Origin: a virus
Lineage: Duplodnaviria > Caudoviricetes
Length of the DNA: 64,000 bases
Virus record (IMG/VR): IMGVR_UViG_3300044648_000098
Coordinates: 564 to 64,563 of that record
Direction: 5' to 3' (one strand)
Part shown: positions 46,549-55,099 of the stretch, one piece after another
Numbering within the stretch: position 1 is the stretch's first letter
Layout: each line of letters starts with the position of its first letter
Translations under genes and position numbers: made by a program
The notes under the pieces: generated by a model
Database searches by the model: none
The model's input: the letters and a program-made list of their open reading frames with translations, nothing else
What the model was told of the DNA's origin: nothing

Positions 46549-46806
46549 ATGACCACGCAAGCCCTCTCCGACCTCACCGCCCGCGCCACGCGCGTGATCG
46601 CCATCCAGCTGTGCATGGAGCCTGGCGACGTGAAGCCCGAGTCGAACCTCGAGGCCGATCTGCACATGGACTCGCTCGACGCGGTCGAGGTGGTGATGGC
46701 GCTCGAAGACGAGTTCGCTGTCGAGCTGCCCGACGCCGAGTGCGAGCAACTGGCGACGGTGGCGGATCTGTTCGCGCTGCTGGCGAAGCACGGCGCGACG
46801 GCCTGA
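46549..46806 (+). CDS. acpP: Acyl carrier protein
   Basis: DLHMDSLDAVEVVMALEDEFAVELPD with the phosphopantetheine Ser; acidic, 85 aa. Confidence 0.9.
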   Translation: MTTQALSDLTARATRVIAIQLCMEPGDVKPESNLEADLHMDSLDAVEVVMALEDEFAVELPDAECEQLATVADLFALLAKHGATA

Positions 46807-46830
46807 CGCCACCACTACGGAGAGAACCTG

Positions 46831-47145
46831 ATGAGCACCCTGAAGCCCTTCTACGTGACGCTGACCTACTCGGCTGTCGTCATGGCGGCAAGCGAGCGCG
46901 ATGCCGAGCGCGCGGCCGAACGCGACGCATTCGAGATCGTGTCGGACCAGGGCGATCCCGCGCTTGACTCGGTGGTGGAGGTAAAGAGCCTCGCGCACCT
47001 CAAGCGGCTCGACTCCGCATGGGAGCCTGACTGCTGCGCGAACGGCGGAGACAAGCCACGCCTGCGCGACGTGTTGCCCGAGGAAGACCCGGCCGAGCGG
47101 GACACCAAGACGGTGGACATGTTCGCTGCTGGAGGTGCCGCATGA
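46831..47145 (+). CDS. Hypothetical protein
   Basis: GGAG RBS; RDTKTVDMF tail. Confidence 0.6.
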   Translation: MSTLKPFYVTLTYSAVVMAASERDAERAAERDAFEIVSDQGDPALDSVVEVKSLAHLKRLDSAWEPDCCANGGDKPRLRDVLPEEDPAERDTKTVDMFAAGGAA

Positions 47146-47408
47146 CCCCCGACAAGCAGGCCGCCCCCAGCGAGTGGGTGGAGCGGGCGATGGAGGTGGC
47201 AGACGATCTGGCGGTTGTAGCTCGCGCAGACGAAGACCAGCGCCCAGCAATGGAGGTCCTCCGCGCCCACCTCGAGTCCCGACAGGCCCTGGTGAAGCAG
47301 TTGGCCGAGGCTTGCAAGGTGGCGTTCGACCAGACGTGCTCTGTTGGGCGGCCCAAGGATTGGGAACAGCTTCGCGCCGCCCTGGCGGCCTATCAGGAGA
47401 AGACATGA
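47142..47408 (+). CDS. Mosaic hypothetical protein
   Basis: Shares EWVERA/KQLAEA/QEKT blocks with next gene. Confidence 0.65.
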   Translation: MTPDKQAAPSEWVERAMEVADDLAVVARADEDQRPAMEVLRAHLESRQALVKQLAEACKVAFDQTCSVGRPKDWEQLRAALAAYQEKT

Positions 47409-47941
47409 AAACCTACCCTGACATTGACCCTGAAACGCTCGGGACGCACTACGAAAAGCACATCGTGGCGATGACCGTTGAACGCCTGGAGAGCAAGGCC
47501 GATATCGCCACGCAACTTGCCTTGCGGGATCAGGAGATTGAACGTCTGCGCGACACCATCGCACTCATCGGTACCGAGCCGGTGGCGGACGGGGACTACT
47601 ACAGCGAAGAGGCTGCCGACATCGAGCAGTCGCGCGCCCGTGCCGCCGACGCCGCGACCGGCGAGTGGGTGGAGCGGGCGGTTTTCCTCGCTGATGAGTA
47701 TGTCGACGCTGCGCTCGGCCATCACCTGGGCCACCGCCAGCAAACAGCTCGCCGCGCCCTCCGCTCCCACCTCGAAGCCAAGGAACGGGAGCACCTTGCG
47801 ACCAAGGCCCTGTTGAAGCAGTTGGCCGAGGCATTGAAGTACGCACGCCGAATGGTCAAGCCTTCCGAGTGTGACTCTGCCTACATCGACGCCGCCCTGG
47901 CGGCCCAGCAACGGTACGTTGCGCTTCAGGAGAAGACATGA
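47405..47941 (+). CDS. Mosaic hypothetical protein
   Basis: HIVAMTVERLESKADIA.QLA.RD module plus shared blocks. Confidence 0.65.
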   Translation: MKTYPDIDPETLGTHYEKHIVAMTVERLESKADIATQLALRDQEIERLRDTIALIGTEPVADGDYYSEEAADIEQSRARAADAATGEWVERAVFLADEYVDAALGHHLGHRQQTARRALRSHLEAKEREHLATKALLKQLAEALKYARRMVKPSECDSAYIDAALAAQQRYVALQEKT

Positions 47942-48270
47942 GCATGACCGCCGAACGCGCTGCGTATTTTCTGCGCCGCTTTAAGCACGACGAGAAGATG
48001 CTGGGCCCGAATGAGCAGGCTGCGCTTGACTTCGCTATTGCCGCCCTCGCCACGCAACGGCAAGCCGAGCCGGTGGCCTCTGCCGCCGACGAGGTGACGG
48101 ATGCGCAGCGAATGTCTTGGTGTAGCGAGCATTTGGTTGGTGTCTTTCAAGATGTCAGCGAAATGTTCTGCATCACATACCTCAGTTCAGATGGCATTGA
48201 GCAAACAACAGAGCGCTTCAACACGCTGCGCCAAGCCATCGACGCAGCCATGCAAAAGGACACCAAATGA
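47938..48270 (+). CDS. Mosaic hypothetical protein
   Basis: DAQRMSW...TLRQAIDAAM. Confidence 0.6.
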   Translation: MSMTAERAAYFLRRFKHDEKMLGPNEQAALDFAIAALATQRQAEPVASAADEVTDAQRMSWCSEHLVGVFQDVSEMFCITYLSSDGIEQTTERFNTLRQAIDAAMQKDTK

Positions 48271-49352
48271 CCACACCGAAAGAACTGGCGGACAAGGCGA
48301 AGCGGCAGGCCGACGACTGCGCTCGCGGCCCCGAGTGGCCCCTTTGCTCGCCTCAGAACCTGCACGCCACCATCGACCAACTGCAAGCGATGGCCGAGGC
48401 GCGGCAGGGCGAGCCGGTGGCGGACGACCTCGCCGCGAAGCTCTACAAAGCCGAGGGCCAGGTGGCCCGGCTCGCTAACGATCTGGCCGCGTCGCGCAAA
48501 TGCGTCAGCCGGTGGATCGAATACGGCGTCCGGATCACCGAAGCCCTGGGCCACAAGGTGATGTACCCGGACCACCATGTGCGCGAAATCACCGAACTCG
48601 TCGCCGCTCGCACCGCTCCGCAGCAACATGCGACTGGAAGCGGGGAGCCGGTGGCGTCAGTGCTCGGGTTGACTCGCGACGTGAGCGGCATGTGCGTCGT
48701 CACCGTCAACGGCCGTGAAGCGATCCGCGATAACGGCGACATCATCAACCACTACACAGCGATCAGAGAGTTCGCCCCGCCCTCTGCGCAACAGGCGACG
48801 GAAGCTGTTGATCCCGAGAATGATCCCCCGGCATGCGAGCCGTCCGACTGGTCACCTCCTGCCGGGTGGGGTGGTGACGGGTCAGTGGCCGCAATGGCTC
48901 GCCGGGCCGCACAACAGGCGACGGGCTCCGGTCAGGTGCTGACGGATGTGCAGATCATGGGGATCGCGTTCGACGAGCGGTTTCTTGACGGCCCGGACTA
49001 CATCATTTCCGTGGTGCGCAAAGCCCTCGCAGCGGCCACCCAGGCGCAGACCTTCGCCGGGTTCAAGGTGGTTGTGGACCCGAGCATGGAAGCCGACACC
49101 ATCAAGCTGGTTCCTTTGGAGCCACACCGCATCAAAGTGTGGGGGCCTTGCTCCGTATGCCGCCACGACCGCATCCCAGGGGAGGGGTGCGCGCGACCCG
49201 AGTGCCCAGACGCCGCCCCCACTACGGGCAAGCGCGAGCCGCTGACGCAACAAGACATCGACGGCATCCTGCACGCGAGCCGGGAAGCTGATGAAGGACC
49301 GACAGCGTTGATCCGCCGTGTCGAGCGTGCAATCACCGGGGAGCAGCGATGA
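48267..49352 (+). CDS. Mosaic Ead/Ea22-like protein
   Basis: Multiple modules joined by GEPVA/QQAT/VLTD linkers. Confidence 0.7.
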   Translation: MTTPKELADKAKRQADDCARGPEWPLCSPQNLHATIDQLQAMAEARQGEPVADDLAAKLYKAEGQVARLANDLAASRKCVSRWIEYGVRITEALGHKVMYPDHHVREITELVAARTAPQQHATGSGEPVASVLGLTRDVSGMCVVTVNGREAIRDNGDIINHYTAIREFAPPSAQQATEAVDPENDPPACEPSDWSPPAGWGGDGSVAAMARRAAQQATGSGQVLTDVQIMGIAFDERFLDGPDYIISVVRKALAAATQAQTFAGFKVVVDPSMEADTIKLVPLEPHRIKVWGPCSVCRHDRIPGEGCARPECPDAAPTTGKREPLTQQDIDGILHASREADEGPTALIRRVERAITGEQR

Positions 49353-49532
49353 GCCTTCAAGCAATGGTGCGTAGTAGCTGGGCGCAAGCTGCCCTCAAGC
49401 ACGGTCTATGCAAGAACGGGGAAACACCGGAGGAGTACGCCGACAGGCGTATCAACGAACTGACACCGGCCGAACTCTTGGAGCGCGTCAGCAACGCCCT
49501 GGAAGAGATCGAAGCTCAGAAAGGAACCTGAC

Positions 49533-49880
49533 ATGCAAACCAACCAAACTCCGGAAGCGCTGGCGCAGGCGATCAAAGACGCCGTAGGCGAGTACGCGAA
49601 CCTGATCCGCATGGGCCACGTCGCTGACGCCATCCCGGTACTGAGCAAACTCATCGCTGACACCGACCGCCTGCGCGACATGGCGGCCAGCGGGGCGAAG
49701 GATGCGGAGCGGCTGGACTGGCTTGAGGCTCGCCGCCTGGAAGGCATCGCCAAGGGCTACAAGTGGGACAGCTGGAGTTACGACACCGACCGCCCGGTAC
49801 GTGACCAACTGGAATCCGCCATCACGGCAACGAACCAACTCGGCGCCGCCATCGCCGCAACGAAGCGAGGTGGGGCATGA
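49533..49880 (+). CDS. Hypothetical protein
   Basis: AKDAERLDWLE motif. Confidence 0.6.
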   Translation: MQTNQTPEALAQAIKDAVGEYANLIRMGHVADAIPVLSKLIADTDRLRDMAASGAKDAERLDWLEARRLEGIAKGYKWDSWSYDTDRPVRDQLESAITATNQLGAAIAATKRGGA

Positions 49881-50055
49881 CCCCCGCCTTCGAGCAGTTC
49901 GCCCGCAGCAAGGGCTGGCCGACCTGGCGCAAGCCTGACGGGAAGACGTACATCGACACGCGCGTGCAGTTCGCGTGGGCCGTCTGGGAGTACCTCGGCG
50001 AGAACGATGCGCCCGCCGCGCCGCAACAGCCGGCTTCCTTGGGTGGGGGGGTGTG

Positions 50056-51072
50056 ATGACTGTGCGAATCCTTCAAGGCGACTGCCGCGAGGTCCTGGCA
50101 TCCATGCCGGAGTCCTCCGTCCATTGCTGCGTCACCTCGCCTCCGTACTTCGGCCTGCGGGACTATGGCAACGCTGCCCAGATCGGCCTGGAGCAGACCC
50201 CGGCCGAGTACGTCGAGCAGATCGTCGCCGTGTTCCGCGAAGTGCGGCGCGTGTTGCGAGACGACGGCACGCTGTGGCTGAACCTGGGCGACAGCTACTG
50301 CAGCACCGACAAGTGGGGCGGCGGGGGCAACGTAGGGAAGAACACCGTTGCGCCAGACGGATCTGTCCCGGCCTGGGCGGTGCGGCAGAGGAGGGCGCAC
50401 TTCGAGGGGATCAAGCCGAAAGACCTGATCGGCATCCCTTGGCGCGTCGCCTTCGCGCTTCAGGCCGACGGCTGGTATCTGCGCCAAGACATCATCTGGG
50501 CAAAACCGAACCCCATGCCGGAGAGCGTGACAGACCGGTGCACCAAGGCGCACGAGTACGTGTTCCTGCTGAGCAAGTCGGATCGGTACTTCTACGATCT
50601 ACACGCCATGCAAGAGCCGGCAACCGATAGCACGGCTGCGCGCTTGGCTCAAGACTTGGAAGGACAGCGAGGAAGCAATCGCGTCCCCGGCAAAACCAAC
50701 GGCGCGATGAAGGCCGTCAAGGGCCGATCGGTCCGTCCTGGCGTTGACACAAACGGCGGCGGCCAAGGTGGCGGGACCATGAGCTACCCAGCCCTCACGC
50801 GAAATAAGCGCAGTGTCTGGACTATCGCCACGCAACCATTCAGCGAGGCGCACTTCGCCACGATGGCGCCGGACCTCGCGGCCACCTGCATCAAAGCTGG
50901 CTGCCCGTTCGGGGGCGTCGTGCTCGACCCATTCGGCGGGGCCGGAACCACCGGCCTGGTCGCCGATGGCCTGCAACGCGACGCGGTGCTGATTGAACTC
51001 AATCCCGAGTACATCGACATCGCTCAACGGCGAATCCGCAACGACGCGCCGCTGTTCGCCGAGGTCGCATGA
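50056..51072 (+). CDS. N4-C/N6-A DNA methyltransferase (beta class)
   Basis: VTSPPY, WLNLGDSY, HFATM, VLDPFGGAGTT, IELNPEY. Confidence 0.95.
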   Translation: MTVRILQGDCREVLASMPESSVHCCVTSPPYFGLRDYGNAAQIGLEQTPAEYVEQIVAVFREVRRVLRDDGTLWLNLGDSYCSTDKWGGGGNVGKNTVAPDGSVPAWAVRQRRAHFEGIKPKDLIGIPWRVAFALQADGWYLRQDIIWAKPNPMPESVTDRCTKAHEYVFLLSKSDRYFYDLHAMQEPATDSTAARLAQDLEGQRGSNRVPGKTNGAMKAVKGRSVRPGVDTNGGGQGGGTMSYPALTRNKRSVWTIATQPFSEAHFATMAPDLAATCIKAGCPFGGVVLDPFGGAGTTGLVADGLQRDAVLIELNPEYIDIAQRRIRNDAPLFAEVA

Positions 51073-51202
51073 CCCGCCCCCGCCCGCAAGAGGAACAGGA
51101 CTGGCGGTCCGAGCGAGATGAAGACGCCGCAGACCGCGACGTCCCAGTGGACGAATACCCCGGCAGCGATGAGCTGGCCTGGTTGAACAAGGGAGCAAGG
51201 AA

Positions 51203-51577
51203 ATGAGCAAGAGCAACACGAACGACCGGGAACTGCTGGAGCTTGCGGCGCAGGCGGCGGGCATCAAGTGCGAGTGGCGCGATGGGTGCTTCTGTTACGC
51301 CTCAACGCCATATGACGTCGCTTGGAACCCGCTCACCTACTCGGCGCATGCGCTCGAGCTGGCGGTGAAACTGGGCATTGACATTTCGTTCGGATGCCGT
51401 GTCCGGCCGAAGCGAGATGAACCGTACGTCGCGGTCGATGTCGACGCGGCCGGTGCGTGGATGGATCTACAGAACGAGCCATTCAACGGCGACCCGCTCG
51501 CCGCCACCCGCCGAGCCATCGTCCGAGCCGCCGCCGCCATCGGCCGCACCGCCCCTGCCGACAGGACTCAAGCATGA
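51203..51577 (+). CDS. Conserved phage hypothetical protein
   Basis: DRELLELAA.AAG, WNPL, ATRRAIVRAAAAIG. Confidence 0.7.
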   Translation: MSKSNTNDRELLELAAQAAGIKCEWRDGCFCYASTPYDVAWNPLTYSAHALELAVKLGIDISFGCRVRPKRDEPYVAVDVDAAGAWMDLQNEPFNGDPLAATRRAIVRAAAAIGRTAPADRTQA

Positions 51578-51804
51578 CCGACGAACTGAAGCCGTGCCCG
51601 TGGTGCGGCGCCGGCGATACCCAGCTGCACGAGAACGGGCGGATGTGGACCGGCCAGGGCAAGAGCGAGCCAACGAGCGTGTCCGTGCGGCACTGGTGCC
51701 AGCCGACGCCGGGCCAGCCGTCACGAATGATCGAGCGCATCGGCCGCGACCGCGAATCGGCAATTGAAGCCTGGAACTGCCGCACCGCCCCTGCCGGCGG
51801 CTGA
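51574..51804 (+). CDS. Lar-family restriction-alleviation-like protein
   Basis: ELKPCPWCG...AIEAWN. Confidence 0.7.
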   Translation: MTDELKPCPWCGAGDTQLHENGRMWTGQGKSEPTSVSVRHWCQPTPGQPSRMIERIGRDRESAIEAWNCRTAPAGG

Positions 51805-51820
51805 GAGACTGGAGAAACGA

Positions 51821-52432
51821 ATGAGCATCAAGGAACGACCGATCCTGTTCGCCGGCAGCATGGTGCAAGCCCTGCTGGCCGGAGCGAAGACCCAGACGCG
51901 GCGGGTCGTGAAGCCGCAGCCGCATGACTCCGTCGACGACCATATCGGGGCCATCGAGGTCGGCACCTATCACCCGACCGTCGTTCGCCGAGGGCAGGAG
52001 GAGCCTGGTCCGGCAGAGTTCGGCGCGTACTCGGTGGACGGCCGGAACACATGGCGGTGCCCATACGGCCAGCCCGGCGACCGCCTATGGGTGCGGGAGA
52101 CGTTCCGCGGGCCGCTGAACGATGGCAGCTTCGGCTATCGCGCGACGCACGACGGCATGTTCACGTGGGAGTCCTACACCTGGAAGCCGAGCATCCACAT
52201 GCCCCGGGCGGCCGGCCGCATCACCCTGGAGGTGACCGGCGTCCGCGTCGAGCGGTTGCAGGACATCAGCCGCGGCGACGCAATGGCCGAGGGCTGCCCG
52301 TTCCCGAACATGCGCGTCGGCGCCGATCCGCGCAAGTGGTACGAGGCCCTGTGGGGGGCGATCAACGGCGCGGACAGTTGGGACGCGAACCCGTGGGTGT
52401 GGGTCGTGGAGTTCAAGAGGATCACGCCATGA
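51821..52432 (+). CDS. ASCH/PUA-like conserved phage protein
   Basis: KERPILF..MV.ALL.G.KTQTRR, GDRLWVRET, WKPSIHMPR, NPWVWVVEF. Confidence 0.8.
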   Translation: MSIKERPILFAGSMVQALLAGAKTQTRRVVKPQPHDSVDDHIGAIEVGTYHPTVVRRGQEEPGPAEFGAYSVDGRNTWRCPYGQPGDRLWVRETFRGPLNDGSFGYRATHDGMFTWESYTWKPSIHMPRAAGRITLEVTGVRVERLQDISRGDAMAEGCPFPNMRVGADPRKWYEALWGAINGADSWDANPWVWVVEFKRITP

Positions 52433-52833
52433 AATACAAGACCGCAGAACTTGAGGGCGCGCTGCTGGACCAAGCGGTGGCGCTGGCCGAGGGTTGGGAG
52501 CATGACCGACCGCAGGATCTCCAGATGAAGCATGCCGGCATCGTGCCTGGATGTTCGTACAGCCGAGGATTCAGCCGAGCGATCATCGCCCCCAAGCCGA
52601 CCGGCCGCATGCAGTTCGGCGCGGCGCCCTACTGGTCGCCCTCGACTATGTGGCACATCGGCGGGCCGATCATCCAGCGCGAGCGGATCAGCGTCGAGTG
52701 CGAGCACCCTGACTGCTGGTACGCGGAGGAGCGCTACACGAAGGCGTCCGGTCGCGGCCCAACGCCCCTCATAGCCGCCATGCGCGCGTCCGTTGCTTCC
52801 AAGTTCGGAGAGGAGGTGGAACTGCCATGCTGA
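52429..52833 (+). CDS. DUF2591 / NinX-like protein
   Basis: ELEGALLDQAVA, SPST.W..GGPII, GPTPLIAAMR. Confidence 0.75.
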   Translation: MKYKTAELEGALLDQAVALAEGWEHDRPQDLQMKHAGIVPGCSYSRGFSRAIIAPKPTGRMQFGAAPYWSPSTMWHIGGPIIQRERISVECEHPDCWYAEERYTKASGRGPTPLIAAMRASVASKFGEEVELPC

Positions 52834-53096
52834 CCCCCGCCGAACTCGCCGCCGCGCTCCGCGTGAGCGAGCGCACGGTCGCCCGAATGGTCGCCGATGG
52901 GTGCCCCAGTATGCTGGTCGGCTCCCGAAGGCGCTTCGACCTGCCAACCGTCACCGCCTGGACCCAAGAACGAGCCGACTCATGCCCATCCGAAAAGACG
53001 CCGAAGGCCGCTACCACGCCGAGGTCTGCGTCAACAACCGCCGCCTTCACCGACGCCTGCCGGAAGGTTCAACTGCGGGTGATGCCAAGCGCCTAG
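52827..53096 (+). CDS. xis: Excisionase-like HTH protein
   Basis: MLTPAELAAALRVSERTV; directly upstream of and overlapping int. Confidence 0.75.
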   Translation: MLTPAELAAALRVSERTVARMVADGCPSMLVGSRRRFDLPTVTAWTQERADSCPSEKTPKAATTPRSASTTAAFTDACRKVQLRVMPSA

Positions 53097-53947
53097 AGGC
53101 AGAGCTGCGCCGCGCGCTGCACGCGGTCAAGGACCAGCCCAAGCGAGCCCCGGTCGTCCCTGGCGACCCGCTGCTCAGCGAACTCATGGCGGACTACACC
53201 GAGCGGCATTGCCTCACCCTGCGCAGCCCCGAGACGGCACAGTTTCACGGCTACCGCATCGGCCGGTGGCTCGAGGGGAAACGGGCGTCGGAGACGCGGC
53301 AGGTAGCCGGCGCCATCCGGGACGACCTGCTGAAGGCGTACGCGCCTGCGACGGTCAACCGAAGCCTTGGGGCGCTCAAGAAGGCGCTGTCGATGGCCTG
53401 GGAGCAGGACAAGACTTCGGTCGACTACAGCGGGCTCATCAAGCGCATCCCGGAGAACAACCAGCGGACCACGTACCTGAGCCTGGCCGAGGTGCGCGCC
53501 CTGACCGACCACGCGAGCGATGCCGTCAAGGCGGCGGTGTGGATCGCCCTCTACACCGGGTGTAGGCGCGGGGAAGTCTGCAAGCTGCAAGCCGAGGACA
53601 TTGGACGGGACACCATCCGCATCCAGGCCGGGAACACCAAGACCCTGCGCTACCGCGAAGTGCCGATCGTCCCGCCCCTGCGGCCCTGGCTGGAGCAGGT
53701 CCCGCTGCCGATCAACTTCGAGGGCCTGAAGACCGGGTTCCGGCGTGCGCGCGAGGCAGCCGGCATGGAGCATGTCAACTTCCACGACCTGCGCCGCTCG
53801 TGCGCAACGATCCTCATCCAGTCCGGCGCCGAGCTCCACGTCGTGAGCAAGATCCTCGGACACTCCAGCACGAAGGTGACAGAGTCGCGGTACGCGTTCC
53901 TCGATCAAGGTCAGATGGGGGACGCGATGAAGAAGGCGTTCGGGTGA
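52982..53947 (+). CDS. int: Tyrosine integrase
   Basis: TGCRRGE, NTKT, FHDLRRS, ILGHSS, RY catalytic set. Confidence 0.95.
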   Translation: MPIRKDAEGRYHAEVCVNNRRLHRRLPEGSTAGDAKRLEAELRRALHAVKDQPKRAPVVPGDPLLSELMADYTERHCLTLRSPETAQFHGYRIGRWLEGKRASETRQVAGAIRDDLLKAYAPATVNRSLGALKKALSMAWEQDKTSVDYSGLIKRIPENNQRTTYLSLAEVRALTDHASDAVKAAVWIALYTGCRRGEVCKLQAEDIGRDTIRIQAGNTKTLRYREVPIVPPLRPWLEQVPLPINFEGLKTGFRRAREAAGMEHVNFHDLRRSCATILIQSGAELHVVSKILGHSSTKVTESRYAFLDQGQMGDAMKKAFG

Positions 53948-54187
53948 ATTACACCGAGGCTTTACACCAGTGCGAAGCGGGAATAAAAAAAGGACTTAGC
54001 GTTTCGGCTAAGTCCTTGATTTACAAGCTGAATGCTTGGTGGGTGGTACAGGGATTGAACCTGTGACCCCTGCCGTGTGAACGCAAGTGACAGCCATTGG
54101 CGATCACCGCTCCAGAGGGAAGCGAAGGCCATTGGCAGCGGAAAACAGCCCCTGGCGGCCAGCGGATTACACCGAAATCTTCACCGG
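53948..54187. other. attP region: core, arm-type repeats and IHF site
   Basis: Core 54037-54081 is the reverse complement of a tRNA-Val(CAC) 3' half; ATTACACCGA at 53948 and 54166, each followed by a degenerate copy; AATCAA-N4-TTA at 54009-54021 (minus strand). Confidence 0.85.
53985..54017 (-). terminator. Terminator hairpin placed downstream of the restored tRNA
   Basis: AAGGACTTAGC/GCTAAGTCCTT followed by T tract on the minus strand. Confidence 0.75.
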
Positions 54188-54194
54188 TGAAGCG

Positions 54195-54210
54195 CTGGAT
54201 AGAATCCCAG
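54195..54210 (+). promoter_or_regulatory. Candidate LexA (SOS) box over a -10 element
   Basis: CTGgatagaatccCAG (CTG-N10-CAG) containing TAGAAT, 1 nt before ATG 54212. Confidence 0.5.
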
Positions 54211-54211
54211 C

Positions 54212-54553
54212 ATGCTCGTCGAAGTCGTCGAACTCCGCGCCACCGGGATGAAGCTCACGCCCGAGGAAGTCGCCGCCGCCACCCGCCACACCGGGAACCT
54301 GACCATCACCGCCGACGGCGTGGCCTACCTGCACGCCGGGGAGCACTACGCCCGCGACCACATCATCCAGCCCATGATCGAGGTGATGGTGGGTCCGATG
54401 AAGGGCGACGACTTCATGTTGCGCGGCCGGCAGTACGTGGCCTACGGGAAGACATCAGCGATGAACCCGCAGGCCTGGTGGTGCCGGAACCTGCGCGGCG
54501 ACCACATCCCGGCGACCGTGCAGCATCTGCCGCGCCTCGGGCAAACTATTTAG
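54212..54553 (+). CDS. Hypothetical protein, possibly SOS-regulated
   Basis: 113 aa, FMLRG...QAWWCR motif. Confidence 0.7.
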   Translation: MLVEVVELRATGMKLTPEEVAAATRHTGNLTITADGVAYLHAGEHYARDHIIQPMIEVMVGPMKGDDFMLRGRQYVAYGKTSAMNPQAWWCRNLRGDHIPATVQHLPRLGQTI

Positions 54554-54573
54554 CCCGTGTTACACAATAACTC

Positions 54574-54602
54574 TTGCGTCCATGTTTTCGCTGTATTACA
54601 TT
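54574..54602 (+). promoter_or_regulatory. Sigma70-like promoter of moron operon
   Basis: TTGCGT-N17-TACATT in AT-rich spacer. Confidence 0.6.
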
Positions 54603-54649
54603 GAATACATGGACGGCACGGTGCCGGACAGCAAAGCGGAAGGTCCTCC

Positions 54650-54928
54650 ATGAACACCACTACCACCGTCGAATACCAGGGGCAGCACCTGACGCTCACC
54701 GACATCGACCCACCCAAGAACAATGGCGCCCCCTCGCCATCTAACGCCAGCCTCTACCTCGTGTTCGTCTCGCGGTACACCGACAACGGCGGCCGGGCGT
54801 CCCAACGGTACGTTGTCTGTGGCACATCAAGCGAGGACGCCGCGGCCCGCCTGGACGACTCTCGCAAGCCCGATGGCGCCAGCGTAACGGTCGTCCCCAT
54901 GGACACCTCGGTGCATCAACTCTATTGA
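54650..54928 (+). CDS. Hypothetical protein
   Basis: GGAAGG RBS after promoter. Confidence 0.6.
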   Translation: MNTTTTVEYQGQHLTLTDIDPPKNNGAPSPSNASLYLVFVSRYTDNGGRASQRYVVCGTSSEDAAARLDDSRKPDGASVTVVPMDTSVHQLY

Positions 54929-54937
54929 AAGCCAGTC

Positions 54938-55099
54938 ATGCTCACCTGGATTGAACGTATCGTCGACGCCAACACGCGCGAAGAGCTTCAGGCTCTGTCG
55001 CTGGAACTGATCGGCCACGGCGACGTTGAGGACGATCTGGACGAGGCGCGCGAAACGCTCGCGGACTATGCGCGGCTCGCAGGGGTGCTCGATGAGTGA
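54938..55099 (+). CDS. Small acidic protein
   Basis: Not in ORF track; MLTWIERIVDAN..., 53 aa, overlaps next start. Confidence 0.55.
   Translation: MLTWIERIVDANTREELQALSLELIGHGDVEDDLDEARETLADYARLAGVLDE

Noticed and set aside
54037-54081. Complete tRNA-Val gene
   Set aside because: Only the anticodon loop to CCA is present; the 5' side does not pair or form a D arm, so it is treated as the attP core
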